Below, piece by piece: positions 60,219-64,000 of a stretch of DNA of 64,000 bases. The position numbers and the translations under genes are program-made. Each line of letters starts with the position of its first letter. The stretch's first letter is position 1. Under the pieces are notes generated by a model. That model was given only the letters and a program-made list of their open reading frames with translations, was not told the origin of the DNA and made no database searches. The DNA is from Candidatus Bathyarchaeota archaeon (GTDB taxonomy: Archaea > Thermoproteota > Bathyarchaeia > Bathyarchaeales > Bathycorpusculaceae), in NCBI GenBank assembly GCA_963702095.1, contig OY969706.1:1824001-1888000 (forward strand), in the 5' to 3' direction.

Positions 60219-61493
60219 TTAGCCGAAGTCGTAGGCTTCTTCGCCATGCTCACTTAAGTCTAAGCCCGCATTCTCCGCTTCCTCGCTTACTCTTAGCGGC
60301 GAGAACTTGTCGACGACTTTTAGCAGTACATACGAGCCGACGAATGCGAACGGAACAACCACTGCTATGGCTTCCAGTTGCGCCACGAATTGGCCCACGT
60401 TACCGAAGATTAAGCCGTTGACTCCGCCGATAGCTGCTGATGCAAAGATACCTGTTGCGATTGAACCCCAAAGACCGCCGACGCCGTGGCATGCGAATAC
60501 GTCTAGTGAATCGTCGATTCGTGATCTGCCTGCTCTCCAGTTTGCCACCGTGTTCGAGATGACTCCTGCTGCTAGACCTATGATAATCGATGCTGGGACG
60601 CTGACGAAGCCTGCTGCCGGTGTTATGGCGACTAAACCAACGACTGCACCTATACCTAAACCGACTGCTGAGGGTTTACCCTTCATCACCCAGTCTGTTA
60701 GCATCCAGCTGACTGCAGCTCCTGACGCCGCCAAGTTTGTGGTGACGAGTGCTGAAACTGCCAAGTCGTTTGCTGCTAACGAGCTGCCTGCGTTGAAGCC
60801 GAACCATCCAAACCACAGCAATGCGGCGCCAAGTAGCACATAGGGAACGTTGGTTGGTTTGAACTGCGGGGGCGTCTTCTTTTGTTGATCTATAGCCTCC
60901 ATGTGATCTTTCCAGGCGACGCGACCGCAGCTACGGTGACCCACAACGAGTGCAGCTGCAAGTGCTGAAATACCTGCCGATACGTGGACGACGATGCCTC
61001 CTGCGAAGTCTATGGCGCCTATGCCTTTTAGCCAACCGTCGGGGTTCCATACCCAGTGAGCGATTGGCATGTAAATCAAAGTACTCCATAGCACCATGAA
61101 TATGAGCAAAGATTTGAAGCGAATGCGTTCAGCGCATGCGCCGATGATTAGTGCAGGCGTGATTGCTGCGAATTTCAACTGGAAGGCAAAGAACAGTAGT
61201 TCAGGTACGTCTGGTGCAAGGGTTGTGCTTACATGACTTATGTCTAGGCTGCCCATGCCTAATAAGCCGGGGCTGAAGCCTATGATTCCGTATATTGAGG
61301 GTCCGAAGACTAGGGCGTATCCCCAGAGGGCCCAGACTATGCTTATGACTGCAAAGATGGCGAAGCACTGCACGATTGTCGAGACGAGGTTCTTTTTGCG
61401 TACTAGTCCGCCGTAGAAGAAGCCTAATGCGGGGGTCATTAACATGACTAATGCTGTTGCGGTTATTACCCAAGCTATATCTCCTGCTGCCAT
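60219..61493 (-). CDS. amtB: ammonium transporter (Amt family)
   Basis: LMTP.L.FFYGG.VR.KN, FQ..FAAITPAL, DFAGG.VVH, WFGWFGFNAGS, DD.LDVF..HG, GLD...HGE.AY. Confidence 0.96.
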   Translation of the reverse strand: MAAGDIAWVITATALVMLMTPALGFFYGGLVRKKNLVSTIVQCFAIFAVISIVWALWGYALVFGPSIYGIIGFSPGLLGMGSLDISHVSTTLAPDVPELLFFAFQLKFAAITPALIIGACAERIRFKSLLIFMVLWSTLIYMPIAHWVWNPDGWLKGIGAIDFAGGIVVHVSAGISALAAALVVGHRSCGRVAWKDHMEAIDQQKKTPPQFKPTNVPYVLLGAALLWFGWFGFNAGSSLAANDLAVSALVTTNLAASGAAVSWMLTDWVMKGKPSAVGLGIGAVVGLVAITPAAGFVSVPASIIIGLAAGVISNTVANWRAGRSRIDDSLDVFACHGVGGLWGSIATGIFASAAIGGVNGLIFGNVGQFVAQLEAIAVVVPFAFVGSYVLLKVVDKFSPLRVSEEAENAGLDLSEHGEEAYDFG

Positions 61494-61539
61494 TTCCTTT
61501 GTTCCTCTTGACACTTGTTTAGTTATTTGCTTATTGTCT

Positions 61540-61568
61540 GTGCATTTATCACATGCACCTATTTAAAA
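61540..61568 (-). promoter_or_regulatory. amt promoter: TATA box plus downstream palindromic operator candidate
   Basis: Minus-strand TTTTAAAT at 61561-61568, followed by GTGCAT-N7-ATGCAC at 61540-61558. Confidence 0.45.
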
Positions 61569-61803
61569 GTATCCGTTTGGAAGCAATTGAAATAGTAAAA
61601 TAGACGATTGTTTTCAAAATATGGAAAAAAGCAAGCAATCGTTCAGCCTAATCCAGGGCAAAAACCAACAAACTTGATATTTATCCAAAAAAACCAACAA
61701 AACCACAAACAAACACAAACCCAAAAAGCACTCAAACGACAAATAAACTAACAGATATCCAATAAAAAACACTTAAAACAAGCAAACAGAAAAAAGAAAA
61801 AAC

Positions 61804-62103
61804 CTAACTTGAGTATTTCCATTGATTATTCTTAAGCATGTTAGTTATGCGGGAAGCAAACAACGAACTAACCAGCGCCGCCACCACCAGAACACCAGCC
61901 CACAAAAAAACACTCGGCGACAGCGCAAAATAGAAAATCGACGCTAACACGACAAAGAGAAAGAGGAAAGAGCCTCCGTAAAGCAAAGACACATTTAAGC
62001 TAGTTATGGCGTGCATGATTCTTTTGGTTGCCCTGCCTTTGTTTTTTTCGGCTTCAATTACTTCTTTGAAGTTTCTTCCTTTTTTATCTCTCATTTCAGA
62101 CAT
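61804..62103 (-). CDS. small 2-TM membrane protein
   Basis: Charged N-terminus and two hydrophobic helices; 33 nt downstream of the ATPase. Confidence 0.65.
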   Translation of the reverse strand: MSEMRDKKGRNFKEVIEAEKNKGRATKRIMHAITSLNVSLLYGGSFLFLFVVLASIFYFALSPSVFLWAGVLVVAALVSSLFASRITNMLKNNQWKYSS

Positions 62104-62136
62104 TCCGCACTTACCTCTTTACAGTTACTTGCCTAT

Positions 62137-64000
62137 TTATTTTTCACTGCTCCATTGTTTTCGGCGCTTGCTTGCGATGTATTTGCCGGTTTCAAGTACG
62201 CCAAACACTATGGCGGTGAAGACTATAGCCAAAGCCCAGTCGAAGGGTTCAGGCGAGTTAACACCGAAGACACTTTGAACACCAGGCGTGTAGAGTATGA
62301 AGAGTTGCAGAGCCATCGATGAGAGGATTGCGTACCAGAGGAACTTGTTCTTGAACAAGCCTACTTTAAACACCGGAAACTTTAGTGATCGAGCGGAAAT
62401 GGCGTTTGCTAGCTCCATCAGTATCATTGCAGTGAGCAATTGTGTACGTGCTTCTGTTAGTTGGGCTACGCCTTCCCATGGGCGATACAGGAAGTAGCCG
62501 AACAGCAGCAGGGATGCCATGAGCAGTGGCACCAATGTCAAGTAGAGTTTGACGTTTAGGGTGAATATGCTTTCTTTGGGGCTGCGTGGCTTGCGTTCCA
62601 TCAAGTCAGGGTCACCTGGGTCAATGCCTAGGGCGATGGCGGGTAAGCCGTCGGTAGTTAAGTTTACCCATAGCAACTGCACAGCAGTTAAGGCTACAGT
62701 CGCATCGCTGATTGCCTCCACGTTGGAGCCAGGTGAGAGGATGCTTGCTAACCAGGGTACACTTATCACTGCTACGAACATGACGATGATTTCCATGATG
62801 TTACAGCGGAGCAGATACGTGAGATATTTTTTGATGTTGTCGTAGATTTCTCTGCCCTCTTTGACTGCTTTAACTATGCTGGCAAAGTTGTCGTCAGCTA
62901 ATACCATGTCAGCGGCTTCTTTGGTGACTTCGGTGCCTGAGATGCCCATGGCGATGCCAATGTCACTCATTTTCAGTGCGGGAGCATCGTTAACGCCGTC
63001 GCCGGTCATGGCAACAATTTGGTCTTTTGCTTTCCAAGCTTTCACTATGCGCATCTTATGTTCGGGGCTCACGCGAGCATAGATTACAGTTTTGTCGACG
63101 ACTGCTGCCAGTTGGTCGTCAGTCATGTCTTCGAGTTCTTGGCCTGTTAGGACTTTACCTTCTTCCCTGTCTTTTATGAGGTTGAGTTCTTTTGCAACAG
63201 CTGTAGCGGTGAGTTTATGGTCGCCTGTAATCATGACGACGCGTATGCCTGCGTTGTTGCAGATGCGGATGGCGTCTTTTACTTCTTTGCGGGCGGGATC
63301 GATCATACCTGCAACGCCTAAGAATGTGAAATCAACTTCATCTTTTTCTACGAGTTCCTCTACTCTGCCGCTTAACGTTCTATAAGCGAATCCAAGGTTT
63401 CTTAATGCACCGAGCGCCATTTCTTCGGTGGCTTTGAGGATTTGTTTGCGTTGTTCTTCACTGAGTTTTTGTGGTTTACCAGCGATTAGGATGCTGCTGC
63501 ATTTTTGCAGGACAATTTCGGGGGCACCTTTCATGTGTGCGATTGTGTCTTTGCCCGAAACATGCAGTGTAGTCATGGCTTTGCGCTCCGAACAGAAAGG
63601 TATCTCGCCGATACGGGGTTCTGCTTGGTCTAGGGTCTGTTTCCACAGGTCTGCTTTTGCCGCGGCAACGATTAGGGCGCCTTCAGTTGGGTCGCCTTTA
63701 ACAAGCCATTTGCCGCTTTGCTCATCTTTTTCTAATCCTGAATCGTTGCAAAGGACCGCAGTTTTTAGGAGCATTTTGAGGTTGGCTTGAGCCTCTGCTT
63801 TGGCGTTGCCTAATTGGAATTCACCTTCCGGAATGTAACCTATACCTGTAACTTTGTACAGGGTACCGTCAGTGTAGACTTTCTGGACAGTCATTTCACC
63901 CTTAGTCATAGTGCCTGTTTTATCGCTACAGATAACACTTGCACAACCCAGAGTTTCAACCGCGGGTAATCGTTTGACGATGGTATTCACTTTTGCCATG
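62137..64000 (-). CDS. Ca2+-type (SERCA-like, P2A) P-type ATPase, 5' part outside the window
   Basis: CSDKTGT, GDPTEGAL, KGAPE, MTGDGVNDAPALK and M6 WVNLTTDGLPAIAL. Confidence 0.95.
   Translation of the reverse strand, partial: MAKVNTIVKRLPAVETLGCASVICSDKTGTMTKGEMTVQKVYTDGTLYKVTGIGYIPEGEFQLGNAKAEAQANLKMLLKTAVLCNDSGLEKDEQSGKWLVKGDPTEGALIVAAAKADLWKQTLDQAEPRIGEIPFCSERKAMTTLHVSGKDTIAHMKGAPEIVLQKCSSILIAGKPQKLSEEQRKQILKATEEMALGALRNLGFAYRTLSGRVEELVEKDEVDFTFLGVAGMIDPARKEVKDAIRICNNAGIRVVMITGDHKLTATAVAKELNLIKDREEGKVLTGQELEDMTDDQLAAVVDKTVIYARVSPEHKMRIVKAWKAKDQIVAMTGDGVNDAPALKMSDIGIAMGISGTEVTKEAADMVLADDNFASIVKAVKEGREIYDNIKKYLTYLLRCNIMEIIVMFVAVISVPWLASILSPGSNVEAISDATVALTAVQLLWVNLTTDGLPAIALGIDPGDPDLMERKPRSPKESIFTLNVKLYLTLVPLLMASLLLFGYFLYRPWEGVAQLTEARTQLLTAMILMELANAISARSLKFPVFKVGLFKNKFLWYAILSSMALQLFILYTPGVQSVFGVNSPEPFDWALAIVFTAIVFGVLETGKYIASKRRKQWSSEK

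Noticed and set aside
61660-61805. Long C/A-rich low-complexity tract (a similar one lies at 47860-47950)
   Set aside because: No alignable blocks with either repeat family; it reads as a T/G-rich terminator-like region on the minus strand.

Overview
Archaeal chromosomal window, most consistent with Bathyarchaeia. This is inferred from gene content: archaeal TyrRS, porGDAB, AfpA/Isf, archaemetzincin, a presenilin-like protease, TFB-like and Lrp proteins, a divergent EF-2 and PQQ-propeller surface proteins. It holds about 55 CDS, tRNA-Asn(GTT), a tRNA-His(GTG) with a defective 3' end, a RelBE-type pair and several single-indel split genes that are probably long-read errors. No CRISPR array, rRNA, transposase or integrase was seen. 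Three things stand out. (1) Two unexplained families of dispersed intergenic repeats (about 180 bp, 7 copies; about 140 bp, 4 copies) lack terminal inverted repeats, carry short conserved hairpins, co-occur in the same orientation and in one case bracket two genes. (2) An 1818-aa membrane-anchored surface protein combines Ca-binding repeats, a fascin-like trefoil and an NHL propeller with an internal toxin-translocation-like hydrophobic domain. (3) The EF-2 has a non-canonical switch I (RQMTV) and lies outside the str operon, so it is probably the aEF-2p paralog.
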